Below the pieces are notes generated by a model. It did no database searches. It saw only the letters and a program-made list of their open reading frames with translations, and was not told the origin of the DNA. From positions 1 through 37,156 of the IMG/VR virus record IMGVR_UViG_3300048913_000063: a stretch of 37,156 bases of DNA; one strand, given 5' to 3'. The stretch's first letter is position 1; each line of letters starts with the position of its first letter. The stretch comes from a virus. Shown one piece after another: positions 29,838 through 37,156 of the stretch. The position numbers were made by a program, and so were the translations under genes.

Positions 29838-30229
29838 ACGGATGGCGGCATCGCTTTTTACTTATTGCTGTATTTGTGCTCTCAGCAAAAGTACATGATT
29901 TGATAATGCTCGGATGCGATAATACTCCGCAGATGATGTTTATCTATCATGGGAGCGCTGCCGCCGTTGATTTATTTTTGCTCTGGATAACTCAGCATCT
30001 TATCTCAGGGCGTTTGTGCGACCACATACAAGCCTCATGCATTGCTTCAGTGGTCATTAATTACGTAGGTTATCGCCTATATATGGCCTATTCCCCGCCA
30101 GAAATGTATAACTATCTGATTGGGACTTTGAGCTATGTGCAATACTTACGACTCTTATATGTGGGCCGCCACGATGCTGACTATTACGAGTACGCTGTGG
30201 TTCCTGGCGCTCCTAGTGTCAGGGCTTAG
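29834..30229 (+). CDS. Multi-pass membrane protein (131 aa; holin/antiholin or immunity candidate)
   Basis: Track ORF with about four hydrophobic segments. First gene of the lysis region. Confidence 0.5.
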   Translation: MNGWRHRFLLIAVFVLSAKVHDLIMLGCDNTPQMMFIYHGSAAAVDLFLLWITQHLISGRLCDHIQASCIASVVINYVGYRLYMAYSPPEMYNYLIGTLSYVQYLRLLYVGRHDADYYEYAVVPGAPSVRA

Positions 30230-30252
30230 GCTGATCATTAAGCGGAAACGAA

Positions 30253-30498
30253 ATGAACGATCAAATCGACAACGCAAAAGAAGCCATTTTCACAGCGGCT
30301 AGTAATCCGAAAGTCGCTACATTTGTTGCTGCTGGTGCTGGTGCAACTGGTGTAGCTTCAAGAATGGAAATTATCACCGGATGGATGGGATTTATTTCCG
30401 TGACATTAGGTATGTGCACCGCCGCAGTAGTTTTGACGATTCAAGTTATCAAACTGGTTAAGGAATGGCGCAGTTATCGTCAAGAGGATGAAATATGA
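30253..30498 (+). CDS. Holin-like two-TM protein (81 aa)
   Basis: Two hydrophobic helices followed by a charged C-terminus (KEWRSYRQEDEI). ATGA overlap with the endolysin gene. Confidence 0.6.
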   Translation: MNDQIDNAKEAIFTAASNPKVATFVAAGAGATGVASRMEIITGWMGFISVTLGMCTAAVVLTIQVIKLVKEWRSYRQEDEI

Positions 30499-30911
30499 AC
30501 CGTCAAAAGCTCATCGAACATCTGGAGCGCGAAGAAGGCAAGGTCAGCAAGCCTTACAAAGACACTGTAGGCAAGACCAGCGTAGGGGTAGGCAGAAACC
30601 TAGACGACGTTGGCTTATCTGACGATGAAATCATGTACCTTCTCGGCAACGATATCACGCGAGTAGAACGCCAACTAGATGTTAATCTGACCTGGTGGCG
30701 CGGTATGTGCGATGCGCGACAGGTGGCCTTGGCTTCGATGTGCTTTCAGCTTGGGATTACTGGATTGCTGGCGTTTAAGAACTCTTTGCAACTTTTGCGC
30801 AATGGACAGTATTCGGCTGCCGCCGATGAGTTTTTGAATAGCAAATGGGCTAAGCAAGTACCAGCCAGGGCAAAGCGCGTTACCGATATGATTCGGACAG
30901 GAGAGTTCTAA
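30495..30911 (+). CDS. Endolysin, T4-type lysozyme (GH24)
   Basis: ...LEREEGKVSKPYKDTVGKTSVGVGRNL aligns with the T4 lysozyme catalytic region ([24 protein letters not shown]; Glu/Asp/Thr triad). Confidence 0.9.
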   Translation: MNRQKLIEHLEREEGKVSKPYKDTVGKTSVGVGRNLDDVGLSDDEIMYLLGNDITRVERQLDVNLTWWRGMCDARQVALASMCFQLGITGLLAFKNSLQLLRNGQYSAAADEFLNSKWAKQVPARAKRVTDMIRTGEF

Positions 30912-31426
30912 TGGACTGGAAAGCGCTCATCGGCTCGATTGCTCCTACTGTTGCTACAGCGCTTGGTGGACCATTAGCAGGACTGGCAGTTGATGCAATT
31001 GGTAGCGCCTTCGGATGGACTGATACAACGAAAGAGAAAGTTGAAGAAGCTCTAACCAAAGATCAATTGAGCGGAGAGCAGATTCTAGCCCTGAAGCAAG
31101 CTGAGATCGCTCTAGTCTCGCAAGAAAAGGAACTTGGATTCAAGTTTGCCGAACTAGAATTCAAGGATAGAGACAGTGCTAGGCAGCGCGAATCTTCGGT
31201 GAAAGACAACACTAACAAGATTCTCGCCTATGCGGTCGTAGGCGGCTTCCTAGCGGTAGTAGGAGGCACATTGGCAGGATTGGCTAAAGTTGATTCTGTG
31301 CTTGCTGGTAGCCTTATCGGCTATCTCTCGGCTAAGGCGGAACAAGTCCTAGCTTATTATTTTGGCAGTACAGCAGGAAGCGCAGAGAAAAGTCGGTTAC
31401 TCGCTCAATCTCAGCCGCCGAAATAG
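30911..31426 (+). CDS. Membrane protein of the 3-TM 'GTA-type holin' kind (171 aa)
   Basis: N-terminus MDWKALIGSIAPTVATALGGPLAGLAVDAIGSAFGW... plus C-terminal TM segments. Last gene of the late operon. Confidence 0.5.
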   Translation: MDWKALIGSIAPTVATALGGPLAGLAVDAIGSAFGWTDTTKEKVEEALTKDQLSGEQILALKQAEIALVSQEKELGFKFAELEFKDRDSARQRESSVKDNTNKILAYAVVGGFLAVVGGTLAGLAKVDSVLAGSLIGYLSAKAEQVLAYYFGSTAGSAEKSRLLAQSQPPK

Positions 31427-31460
31427 AAAAAGCCCCGTCATATCAGGGGCTTTCTGCTTT
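31427..31460. terminator. Bidirectional intrinsic terminator between convergent genes
   Basis: AAAAAGCCCC-gtcatatca-GGGGCTTTCTGCTTTC. It has an A-run on one side and a T-rich run on the other. It sits between the 31426 stop (+) and the 31474 stop (-). Confidence 0.7.
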
Positions 31461-31473
31461 CTGGGCGATATTA

Positions 31474-31899
31474 TCAGTTGCCCTGACTCGTCGCGGCATT
31501 ATATGCGCCACAGCTATCATTTGCAGTACGAGTAGTGACACCATAGTTGAACTGGCTCAGCCCCGCAGAGCAGGTAATCTGCGCATTATGTGTATTGGCA
31601 TATTTGGTGCTCGTGCCAAGTTTGAAGAAGCCATTAACCTGTGCTTGCGTAGCCATTTTCGTATAGGTTGCATTGCCTGGATCAGCATATGCAGTCACGA
31701 CAGCGACGGGCTGGCCATTTGCATCTACGCCAAACTTCGTTACATGAACTTCGCTTCCTACTCGATCAAAATCAATAGCACCTTCAATTGTGATACCAAC
31801 ACCAGTTGGCGTCTTGAAATTGTTATTCAGTGGCGCAGCGTAAGCATTACTGAAAATCATTGTAATTGCTGCAAATGTTGCACAGATAATCTTCTTCAT
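31474..31899 (-). CDS. Secreted/periplasmic 141-aa protein (moron-like)
   Basis: Sec signal peptide MKKIICATFAAITMIFSNAYA/AP. Two Cys in the mature part. RBS AAGGAG. Has its own terminator and is separated from the upstream gene by a 78-nt spacer containing a hairpin. Confidence 0.7.
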   Translation of the reverse strand: MKKIICATFAAITMIFSNAYAAPLNNNFKTPTGVGITIEGAIDFDRVGSEVHVTKFGVDANGQPVAVVTAYADPGNATYTKMATQAQVNGFFKLGTSTKYANTHNAQITCSAGLSQFNYGVTTRTANDSCGAYNAATSQGN

Positions 31900-31977
31900 T
31901 TGTAAAACTCCTTCAGGATTACCGGAGAACCGCTCCGGTTTCGGTATAGCAATAGTTTACATCAACTATATTGAAAG

Positions 31978-33354
31978 TCAGTTGTCTTCCTCTACCTGCT
32001 GGAGCGGTGCTGCGCGGTACAGTGCAACAGCAGCGCGCATCGCCGACAATACTTCCTGAGCCTCACTGCCGCGAGATATGCCGGTCTTGCCTTCGCTGTA
32101 GGCGATGTTCCAGTACTGGCCGATCAATTCTTCAATATCGTCTGGAAGCTGCCCACCCTCTAACGTGGCCCGACGCCCGCGTGCACGATCGAGTGCCGCT
32201 TTTTTGCGCGTGTCTTTCTCATGCTCGGCAATCAGGTCCTGAATGCTGATGCCGCCCTCTGGCGTGGCTTGCGCAGGTCCAGCATCAGCAGCAGCACGTA
32301 GTTCCTTGATAAGCTCGTTCGTGCCGATTTCCTGCTTCCAAAGCGGCGATTCCCAGCGCTTGATTACGTTCTCGATGGCAGGACGTAGACGCGAGATGTA
32401 ATTCGCATAATCAAGCATGTTGCGGAAATCTTCTGGGCGCTTCACTGGCTGTGTGACTGCATCGGTGGCGCTGACCGCTTCCTTGATGACGCCGGTATCG
32501 CGCAGCACCTTCTCGGCTTGTGCTTCAGGCAGCGCGCCGGGCAGGGCGAGTGCGGCAAGGTGATCGGCGTCAGGTTTGATGCCTTGTTGTGCCGCCCATG
32601 CAACGAGGTTCCCTACCTTGCAGTCGCAGCGCTCAGGCGGGCATGGGATGAAGCAGTGCTTGTCCATGATCGTGCGCGGCATCAGTGGCATGAGGTTTTC
32701 AGCTTCCTTGGCTGGCTCTTGCTGTGCAGGCGAGAGAAGTTCATCAGCAATCGTCCACCACTCTTGCAGAACGTCCTTAGCCTCCATATCAGCACGTATC
32801 TGGCGAAGTACGTCCAGCCCAGCCGCTTGCCTTTCGGCGATGGCCTTGAAGTGGGCGCACATGGTTTTAGCCTTGGTAATTTGGTCGCGCAACTGGTGTA
32901 TCAGTTCTTGATTCGCTTCGGCACACGAATCCCAGCCAAAGTGCCTTGCCTCTTCCCTATCCTTTTCGCGCACGGCTTCGATGTGGGCATATACGGCTTT
33001 TGCTTTTTTTGCGATACTCCGGGTCGTGCTTCCTTTCTTCTGGCATTCCAAGCCCAGGTCTTGCATCAGCCGAATAAATTCTGCGTCGTTGACAATGCTC
33101 TCTGCTTTGCCAGAGGTGATCTGGCTTTCGGTGGTGGTGGACGCCGGGTCAATTTCACCTTCTTTGGCGTAGACGTGCTTGAAGATTGCTTCGGCCATCG
33201 TTTCAGCCTGATCGTGCGTCAATACGATGCTGGCGAAGTCACGGCCGCCGTTGCCCCGCGAGCGCACCGAAACCTTGATAGCATCGCCCTCCGCGCTCAG
33301 GTTGACGAAGGCCGGATAGTCGTTGTGTAGTTCGGTAAATGCGTGGATAGTCAA
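31978..33354 (-). CDS. Large modular hypothetical protein (458 aa, TTG start), Ea22-like coiled-coil style
   Basis: Track ORF 31978..33495, trimmed to the TTG after AGGGAGAACGAA. The upstream part of the ORF overlaps the preceding gene. Charged and helical; no catalytic motif recognised. Confidence 0.55.
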   Translation of the reverse strand: MTIHAFTELHNDYPAFVNLSAEGDAIKVSVRSRGNGGRDFASIVLTHDQAETMAEAIFKHVYAKEGEIDPASTTTESQITSGKAESIVNDAEFIRLMQDLGLECQKKGSTTRSIAKKAKAVYAHIEAVREKDREEARHFGWDSCAEANQELIHQLRDQITKAKTMCAHFKAIAERQAAGLDVLRQIRADMEAKDVLQEWWTIADELLSPAQQEPAKEAENLMPLMPRTIMDKHCFIPCPPERCDCKVGNLVAWAAQQGIKPDADHLAALALPGALPEAQAEKVLRDTGVIKEAVSATDAVTQPVKRPEDFRNMLDYANYISRLRPAIENVIKRWESPLWKQEIGTNELIKELRAAADAGPAQATPEGGISIQDLIAEHEKDTRKKAALDRARGRRATLEGGQLPDDIEELIGQYWNIAYSEGKTGISRGSEAQEVLSAMRAAVALYRAAPLQQVEEDN

Positions 33355-33380
33355 TTCGTTCTCCCTTAATGAACGGGTGG

Positions 33381-33812
33381 TTATTTGACGGTCGTGAGCG
33401 AGCGCGCCCGAGTCGGCACTCCGCGCACAATGTCTTCCGGTAGCAGCGGTTCGGAGCAATGGGGGCAGAGCGGAACTGTCTTGTGCTTTCGCCACTCGGC
33501 ATCCATAACGCGCGCCGCACGGCTTACCAGCGTGGCGGCTTCCGCCTCAACGATCTTGTTTTCGCGGTCTTGCAAGCGCTTCACTTGACGGTCGAAGTTC
33601 TCCACCAGAACAGTGAACGCATCGAATGCCTCAATGGTGGCTTCGCAGTCGGCGCACCACACGCGCCGCTCTTCCTGGTCATAGTGCATGCTCTTATGCG
33701 CGCAGGTGCCGATTGGCCGGCGCGACTTGCCGCGCTTGACCCGCGCATCGCCGATGTCCACCACCTTCACCCCGTAGAGGTAATCCAGTGGCACGATGGG
33801 AGCGTCAGCCAT
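33381..33812 (-). CDS. Hypothetical 143-aa protein with CxxC...CxxC zinc-finger-like pairs flanking a coiled coil
   Basis: Internal ATG (MADAPIVPLDY...) overlapping the upstream stop (ATGGCTGA). Contains WCADCEA... and ...LCPHCSEP. Confidence 0.5.
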   Translation of the reverse strand: MADAPIVPLDYLYGVKVVDIGDARVKRGKSRRPIGTCAHKSMHYDQEERRVWCADCEATIEAFDAFTVLVENFDRQVKRLQDRENKIVEAEAATLVSRAARVMDAEWRKHKTVPLCPHCSEPLLPEDIVRGVPTRARSLTTVK

Positions 33813-34017
33813 GATCCCCCTCCGCAGCCTTACCGGCTTCTTGAGTGGTGCGCATTGGGCATTGCATGATCCAGCCCGCAGCCCATGCTCTGCGCGCCCA
33901 TTGCGGCCACTCAAGGCTCGATGCGCGGCCCTGACTTATGCCTAGACCACGATCCCGCGCGCTGCGTCCCATGGCCTCGAAAGCTCGTTTTCCGGCGAGT
34001 GGCTTAGTCATGGTCAT
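33805..34017 (-). CDS. Hypothetical 70-aa basic protein
   Basis: Internal ATG of track ORF 33805..34065 (MTMTKPLAGKRAFEAMGRSARDRG...RRAWAAGW...). Overlaps both neighbours. The ribosome-modulation-factor resemblance is weak (see rejected list). Confidence 0.4.
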   Translation of the reverse strand: MTMTKPLAGKRAFEAMGRSARDRGLGISQGRASSLEWPQWARRAWAAGWIMQCPMRTTQEAGKAAEGDHG

Positions 34018-34564
34018 TCCCCGCTTTATCAGCGCTTTGCGCGAGTTGAGCGGCGCGGGCAGCACGGATGATCGGCGCCAGCTTTAGCTCGGCCATCTTG
34101 TCGGCCCAGTCCGTCGCTGTGTCGTCAGGGCTGTAAAGCTTCATGCAGGCGAAGCGCACGTCGTTGGCAACCGCATGGAATTGCTGATCGATGCTCGCTG
34201 TGTCCTGCTCTTGCGCTGGAACCTGTTTAGCAAGAGCGGCATCAATGGCCTCCAGTGCATCGTCAGCAACACGCGTGACGCCGCAATCGCCGTCCCAGCC
34301 AAATTTCCAGACCGATATCTTCTCCAGTGCCTCACGTGCGGCCAGGATCGCTTTGTTCAGATCAGTCATCTGCACTACTGCCGGAGCGGGAGAGGTGGCA
34401 GCCTTAGCGATAGCGGCCAGTTCAGCGACTGCGTGGCGGTGCCAGGCAGCATGCCACGCCTTGTGCATCAGATCGACCGGGAAGGGATATTCCCCTTCGA
34501 TAGCATATCCTTCGCGTGCCGCCCAAGCTTCAAACTCAGCGCGGCATTGTTTTTTGTTGTCCAT
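34004..34564 (-). CDS. Hypothetical 186-aa protein
   Basis: Track ORF 34004..34573. The ATG at 34564 overlaps the upstream TAA (TAATG), and GTG 34573 is an alternative start. N-terminal ...CRAEFEAWAAREGY...HKAWHAAW motif is common in prophage early regions. Confidence 0.5.
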   Translation of the reverse strand: MDNKKQCRAEFEAWAAREGYAIEGEYPFPVDLMHKAWHAAWHRHAVAELAAIAKAATSPAPAVVQMTDLNKAILAAREALEKISVWKFGWDGDCGVTRVADDALEAIDAALAKQVPAQEQDTASIDQQFHAVANDVRFACMKLYSPDDTATDWADKMAELKLAPIIRAARAAQLAQSADKAGNDHD

Positions 34565-34773
34565 TATTTCCACGCTCCATAAGCCGCCAGGGCCTTCGAC
34601 AATTCGGGATGCTCGCCGAAGTCCTTGATGTTATTTTTGATGTCTTTCCGGCTCATCCAGAGCCATGCGCCGTCAGGATCGATTTCTACGCGAGCGGCTT
34701 CGACACTGCGCATTGCGCGGCGCTCGTTGAATTCGATGAAGCGCCAGTGCTGTGGCTGGTTGTTCATGTCCAT
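34564..34773 (-). CDS. Hypothetical 69-aa protein
   Basis: Track ORF with RBS GAAGGAAGAATA. Confidence 0.5.
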   Translation of the reverse strand: MDMNNQPQHWRFIEFNERRAMRSVEAARVEIDPDGAWLWMSRKDIKNNIKDFGEHPELSKALAAYGAWK

Positions 34774-34785
34774 TATTCTTCCTTC

Positions 34786-35430
34786 TCAGATGGTTGGGTG
34801 GCGGGGGATGGCTGGCGGTAATTCTTTCCAGTCACGACCATCGTTGATACTGACCGTACCGATCTTGGTAGGGTCATCGTAGTTGATCGGATACGCGCAT
34901 TCGCCGAATTCACGCTTGCCGACGTTGCGCCACATCATAGGGCGGCCGTCGTCGTGCTTGCCCTCTTCGTAGACCAAGCTGCAGCCTTTGTAGAGGAAGA
35001 AGAACTGTTCGCCGATCTTCACGCCCAACTCGCCGTTGTCATTTGTGATCCACTGCACCTGTTCGCCGGTCATCTGCACTACGCCGCGTTGCATCAGCGA
35101 CCAGACATAGGTGTAGATGGCTTGCTCGGCAGCTTTCGGCTCTGCGCCAAACTGGCTACCGGCGATATCCACGACATTCATGTAATCTTCTATCTTTTGC
35201 AGTAGCTTGTTCCAGGCATCGCCCTGATAGCCCAATACATCCAGTTCTTCTGGCGATGGCACCGGTACTGCTGCTTTGGCTTCTGCCCTAACTGCATCAA
35301 CAATCGCACAAAGCACTTCCAATCCGTTCTCAGCATTCTTGAACAGTTCCCAGGCTTCGCATTGACCGTGCTGGTGGATAAGAGCGCATACGTCGGCGAT
35401 TTTCTCACTGTATGGGTCGAAGTCAGTCAT
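34786..35430 (-). CDS. Hypothetical 214-aa protein
   Basis: Track ORF. Its start overlaps the HTH gene by 8 nt. No motif recognised. Confidence 0.55.
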   Translation of the reverse strand: MTDFDPYSEKIADVCALIHQHGQCEAWELFKNAENGLEVLCAIVDAVRAEAKAAVPVPSPEELDVLGYQGDAWNKLLQKIEDYMNVVDIAGSQFGAEPKAAEQAIYTYVWSLMQRGVVQMTGEQVQWITNDNGELGVKIGEQFFFLYKGCSLVYEEGKHDDGRPMMWRNVGKREFGECAYPINYDDPTKIGTVSINDGRDWKELPPAIPRHPTI

Positions 35431-35602
35431 GGCTCTGCTCCTTTGCCTTTTGTTCTTCTAGTCGCTTACGTGCGCGATAGATCGTGGATTGATTCACTTT
35501 GTGCTTCTTCGCCAATTCAGTATCACTCGGCTTTCTATCTTCCGGTGCACGCTGATATTGACGCATGGCAGCTTCTACTGCTGCACTTGTTTTCCCTGTC
35601 AT
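35423..35602 (-). CDS. Small HTH DNA-binding protein (59 aa; Aca-like/excisionase-like candidate regulator)
   Basis: Below the track cut-off. ATG 35602-35600 follows a strong RBS (ACAGGAGGAAGTA). MTGKTSAAVEAAMRQYQRAPEDRKPSDTELAKKHKVNQSTIYRARKRLEEQKAKEQSHD contains the HTH core ELAKKHKVNQSTIYRARKR. Confidence 0.6.
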   Translation of the reverse strand: MTGKTSAAVEAAMRQYQRAPEDRKPSDTELAKKHKVNQSTIYRARKRLEEQKAKEQSHD

Positions 35603-35653
35603 TACTTCCTCCTGTTATTAGTTTTGATGTTCCCTGTGAATTGCGCTGAGTTG

Positions 35654-35845
35654 TTAGGAGGCATCTAATATACGGTCGATAGCTGCCAGAAGTTCTCGGC
35701 GAGTCGCGCCATATAGCGGAATGCCCTTGACCTTACGGCACGACTGATAATGGTCGCTGTAGCCGCGCAGACGGTCAACGCGAGTGAACTCTACGCCGCG
35801 ATATTCAAAGTCGCCATCGTCCAGCTTAGTAACCTTGTGTGCCAT
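35654..35845 (-). CDS. Hypothetical 63-aa protein, first gene after the promoter/operator cassette
   Basis: Track ORF (MAHKVTKLDDGDFEYRGVEFTRVDRLRGYSDHYQSCRKVKGIPLYGATRRELLAAIDRILDAS) with RBS AAAGGAAAAG. Confidence 0.55.
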   Translation of the reverse strand: MAHKVTKLDDGDFEYRGVEFTRVDRLRGYSDHYQSCRKVKGIPLYGATRRELLAAIDRILDAS

Positions 35846-35893
35846 GATCTTTTCCTTTCATCCTCGTCGGCCGCTCGCTGCGTCCATGTAGAA

Positions 35894-35944
35894 ATAATAG
35901 CTCACGCTAATGCACGATGCAAGAAATATTTATGCACGTTGCAA
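35894..35944 (-). promoter_or_regulatory. Strong sigma70-like promoter TTGCAT-N17-TATTAT with a duplicated 13-bp element TTGCA(A/T)CGTGCAT
   Basis: Minus strand: -35 at 35922-35917, -10 at 35899-35894. Repeat copies lie at 35944-35932 and 35922-35910, 22 bp apart (two helical turns). The proximal copy overlaps the -35. Confidence 0.6.
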
Positions 35945-35970
35945 AAAAAGACCGCCATCTAGACGGTCTT
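35943..35970 (-). terminator. Intrinsic terminator ending the recombination sub-operon
   Basis: Minus strand: AAGACCG-tctagatgg-CGGTCTT followed by T7. It starts 6 nt after the 35976 stop. Confidence 0.75.
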
Positions 35971-35975
35971 GATAC

Positions 35976-36338
35976 TTACTTTTTGCTAGCCCATTGCACT
36001 GCTCTTTGCCATAGCTCCCATGACTGGTTAGTCACTGGATATAGATAGCTTCCTTTTGGGTAGCTATCGGATGGCTTGCGCATCGTATTCAGATGAAACT
36101 CAGGCGCGATGGATTCAAATGCAGCTTGGCTATCAGACTCAGGCTCTTTCTTGCCAGCGTTCGCGAGGATCACCGAAGGATTGATTGTCCTCATCCGTTC
36201 GGCAAAGTGACGTCGCGCTTTAGCTTCGCTCTTATGGCCGTTCTGCTCCACAAGATCAACATTATCCAGTAGCATGCGCACGCATTCGTCACGCATCAGG
36301 CGCATGGCTTCTTCTAGTTCGAAGGTATCCATGATCAA
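35976..36338 (-). CDS. Hypothetical 120-aa protein (TTG start, or ATG two codons in)
   Basis: Track ORF overlapping the SSB-like stop. No motif recognised. Confidence 0.5.
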   Translation of the reverse strand: MIMDTFELEEAMRLMRDECVRMLLDNVDLVEQNGHKSEAKARRHFAERMRTINPSVILANAGKKEPESDSQAAFESIAPEFHLNTMRKPSDSYPKGSYLYPVTNQSWELWQRAVQWASKK

Positions 36339-36982
36339 AATGGCGGGAGATCGTCATCCATGAAATCAGGAGCCGCAGCAGGGCGGTTAGACTGACCGCC
36401 AGTATTGCTAGTTTGGCCTGATTTCTTTTTCAGTGGCTTATCTACCAGCAGGCCAATCACTTTGCCTAGCTGTTCGGGCTTAGTCTTGCGAGAGAGGATT
36501 TCCGATGCCATCAGTTCAGTGCCAGCCTGGAAGATAGCGAACAGGCCCATACGCCATGCATATTCGCCAGTAGCATAACCGTCCTGCATCTTCTCGTACT
36601 CTTCAGCGCGCAGCAGAAGGCCGATTGGCTTGTCCATCAGTTCACTAAAGCAGGTAGCGGCCATTACCTGTTCGCTGCCATCGTGCCACTTCTTCACGTT
36701 GCGGACAGATTCAGTCAGTGCACGAACCTTCAGGCACGCCATCAAAGCATTGATCTGATTCAGGCCCTGCAGTGGTTCGTTATTCTCACGCATCGTCCAG
36801 ATATCGAAGCGGCATTCACGATTGTCATCAGCCTGGAACGTAAAGCCGATTCCATGCGTTCCTTTGTTCGCACTGACCAGCTTCTCAGCACGAATAAACT
36901 TGCCTACATACTTGCCCGTGTCGTTGATGAAGGCTCCGATGGTGTCAGCTTTGGATGCAAGAGTGGTGTCGAGTTGGTACAT
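36335..36982 (-). CDS. Non-canonical single-stranded DNA-binding protein candidate (215 aa) with an SSB-type acidic C-terminal tip
   Basis: Ends ...GGQSNRPAAAPDFMDDDLPPF, i.e. a Gly/Gln/Pro linker plus a DDDxPF-like tip as in bacterial SSB. Lies directly downstream of the Sak4-like ATPase (stop TAA, 2 nt, then ATG). Confidence 0.6.
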   Translation of the reverse strand: MYQLDTTLASKADTIGAFINDTGKYVGKFIRAEKLVSANKGTHGIGFTFQADDNRECRFDIWTMRENNEPLQGLNQINALMACLKVRALTESVRNVKKWHDGSEQVMAATCFSELMDKPIGLLLRAEEYEKMQDGYATGEYAWRMGLFAIFQAGTELMASEILSRKTKPEQLGKVIGLLVDKPLKKKSGQTSNTGGQSNRPAAAPDFMDDDLPPF

Positions 36983-36984
36983 GG

Positions 36985-37156
36985 TTATTCCTTGGTTGGG
37001 TGGTTGATGCCATAGTATTCAACGATGGCTTTGTCTACTGCTGCTAGGTCGTTCTCGATATGTTCGTCTTCAAACAAACCGAGAGGCGATTTAGTTGTAT
37101 CGCTACCGCTGTTTTGCGTAGCGAAGATATATGATTCATTGATGCGAAGAGTGCGC
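36985..37156 (-). CDS. C-terminal end of the Sak4/AAA_24-like ATPase (same gene as 1..621; 37030-37156 duplicates 1-127)
   Basis: Reverse translation gives ...LAAVDKAIVEYYGINHPTKE followed by TAA (36987-36985). It is in frame with the 1..621 segment once the 127-nt overlap is collapsed. Confidence 0.8.
   Translation of the reverse strand, partial: RTLRINESYIFATQNSGSDTTKSPLGLFEDEHIENDLAAVDKAIVEYYGINHPTKE
37030..37156. repeat. Terminal direct repeat, copy 2 (identical to 1-127)
   Basis: See copy 1. Confidence 0.95.

Noticed and set aside
33805-34017. Resemblance of the 70-aa basic protein (...KRAFEAMGRSARDRG...RRAWAAGW) to ribosome modulation factor (…RGYQAG…RSQWLGGW)
   Set aside because: Only the short R..W..GW motif and the general basic character match. 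The conserved central Cys-Pro-Tyr region is missing. This is too weak to call without an HMM search.
1-37156. tRNA/tmRNA genes, a CRISPR array, an integrase/attP, or an intein or group I intron in TerL, the portal or the helicase
   Set aside because: - I found no T-loop/acceptor-type cloverleaf candidates in the non-coding gaps.
- No regularly spaced direct repeats are present.
- No tyrosine or serine recombinase-sized ORF is present.
- The large genes are uninterrupted, and the HNH genes are free-standing.
- The scan was by eye, so tRNAscan-SE or ARAGORN should confirm the absence of tRNA and tmRNA genes.

Overview
All calls below come from reading the sequence and the ORF track by eye. No database search or folding program was run.

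**What the window is.** It appears to be a complete, circularly closed dsDNA tailed-phage genome of about 37,029 bp.
- nt 1-127 recur exactly at 37030-37156, which looks like an assembler-style overlap.
- The minus-strand gene cut by the left edge, a Sak4/AAA_24-like ATPase, continues in frame at the right edge.

**Layout.**
- Divergent sigma70-like early promoters lie at about 2.71-2.81 kb.
- The rightward early operon (2.8-8.6 kb) encodes a Cro-like HTH protein, lambdoid NinB and NinG, a Zn-ribbon protein, a replication initiator with a DnaT-like C-terminus, a DnaB-like helicase and small regulators.
- A roughly 350-nt leader ends in an intrinsic terminator. It is followed by one long, tightly coupled late operon (8.9-31.4 kb):
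  - TerS-like protein, three beta-rich genes, TerL, a 724-aa portal, scaffold and coat.
  - Decoration, adaptor and tail proteins, three large ejection-type proteins and a tail fibre.
  - A lysis cassette with a T4-type lysozyme.
- Two free-standing HNH endonucleases and a GNAT acetyltransferase interrupt the late operon.
- The leftward early region runs 2.66 kb -> 1 / 37.03 kb -> 31.98 kb. It carries:
  - a Ser-rich protein;
  - a 462-bp coding desert;
  - the Sak4-like ATPase and an SSB-like protein;
  - a terminator/promoter/operator cassette heading a GC-rich block of unknown genes;
  - a secreted-protein moron at the far end.
- I saw no integrase, CI-type repressor, DNA or RNA polymerase, reverse transcriptase, tRNA or CRISPR array.
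- The virion module looks podovirus-like, with no tape-measure or tail-tube genes. NinB and NinG suggest a proteobacterial host.

**Most interesting signals.**
1. A self-contained promoter, a roughly 138-nt RNA and a giant three-tier hairpin with a U-tract sit inside the coding desert.
2. This promoter -> leader -> terminator architecture occurs three times, which suggests antitermination-style control.
3. An acr/aca-like operon head with a duplicated 13-bp operator precedes the GC-rich unknown block.
4. An ATTACTTG motif lies upstream of three late genes.
5. One protein has a tail that is about 70% serine.
6. A GNAT gene is embedded among the ejection-protein genes.
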